Shown piece by piece: positions 63,001 through 64,000 of a stretch of DNA of 64,000 bases (the stretch's first letter is position 1; each line of letters opens with the position of its first letter). This DNA comes from Selaginella moellendorffii (Eukaryota; Plantae; Lycopodiophyta): contig NW_003314261.1 of assembly GCF_000143415.4 (NCBI RefSeq), positions 971,325-1,035,324 on the forward strand. Reading direction: 5' to 3'. The notes under the pieces are model-generated. The model had not been told where the DNA came from. It did not search any database and saw only the letters and a program-made list of their open reading frames with translations. The translations under genes were made by a program, and so were the position numbers.

Positions 63001-64000
63001 TTTAGTAAAAGTTATAGTTCAATTTCCACCTACATTTAAAACATACAAATCACCCTGTGTGCTAATTGAGTTTTTGTTAGATGAAGTAGTTAAGAGGCTT
63101 CACGCTATAAATATGGAACAAAGAGCTATAGAGATTGTTGTTAGGCATAGACATCAATCTTGGAGACACTACTACCATCGCTTTGATCTCTAAAGAACTA
63201 GAACAAGCTTAGAGATATTAAAAAACAAATTAAAAAAAGAAAGGGTTTTGTCTAAAGAGGTGAAATAACCTCAGATACTCCTAAAACTTCTGAAATACAT
63301 TGCAAAGTTTAAGAATTTATCATATAAATGAGCAAAGATTTATATTAACCATTATCACTCGTTGACATAGAGGCTAAAGAGAAATTTAACTTGAAAAGCA
63401 ATTTTTATTTAGATTTGAAGCAAAGTCTTCCATAAATTAACTATTATATGCTTGAAAAGCTACTTAACGTCATTCCACAAGCAAATTGATCTAGAATAAG
63501 ATATCATGCACTAAACAATTTGACCTTTATGTTGATTTTACAAGGCAATTTCATAGAATGGTCTCCACACCCTATTTAAATTAGTCCCTAGTATTGATCC
63601 ATTTAAAAATAGTTTGCCTCAAATTTGCCAAGAGCAATATGCTACTCTTTCTAATTCTACAGTTGTAAGGGCAAAATTGGTTGTAAGCTAGAGGGTAAGA
63701 CCCATTGTAAAGTACGCAAGCTACTTTAACTATCACATGCTAGAGACTTTGCAATGAATTAATCTTAACCACACTAGGCACAGGTAGAAAGGAAAGATCC
63801 TTCTATGCACACAGGTGGAGAGATTAAAAATTGACAACCCTTCATAGTCCTGATAGAAGTTAAATAAGGGAATTAGGGTAGATAAAATAAAAATGTTTAC
63901 CAACAATCCACCACAAGTATCAGAAGATGTATTTTTCTTATAAACCTACAAAAGTTGGTTTATCCCCACTCTGTGTGACTAGGCAAAAGTATAGAAAGCA

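Noticed and set aside
62795-63193. 132-aa ORF, possible hAT transposase remnant
   Set aside because: Similarity too weak to support by eye.

Overview
Eukaryotic plant nuclear DNA with very short (~40-70 nt) introns and compact GC-rich gene islands in AT-rich TE debris. A lycophyte such as Selaginella is the likely source (inference, not verified). Host genes: a DDAH-like amidinotransferase-fold hydrolase, PsaF, an ICE1/SCREAM bHLH, plastid ribosomal protein PSRP6, a PPR-like protein, an unknown gene and a disrupted ATPase+nuclease (Crinkler-like) gene. TEs: two full-length decayed Ty3/gypsy elements plus relics, a LINE relic, a TRIM-like element and a 5S rRNA-derived fragment. The standout is the first 11.5 kb, the right-hand part of a large DNA transposon. 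It carries (i) an uninterrupted Sola1-like DDD transposase ORF on the minus strand (2976 to beyond position 1, absent from the ORF track because it runs off the window), (ii) a divergent cargo gene encoding a ParB-like domain plus a degenerate N6/N4-methyltransferase-like fold, (iii) an FCP1/NIF-type HAD phosphatase, and (iv) about 20 copies of a 22-bp palindrome (ATGGCRTGWGGCCWCAYGCCAT), several of which fill mini-introns. Its terminus at ~11565 matches the TIR of a 286-bp MITE (41951-42236, 6-bp TSD) that also keeps two copies of the palindrome. Protein family calls come from motif recognition by eye, with no database searches.
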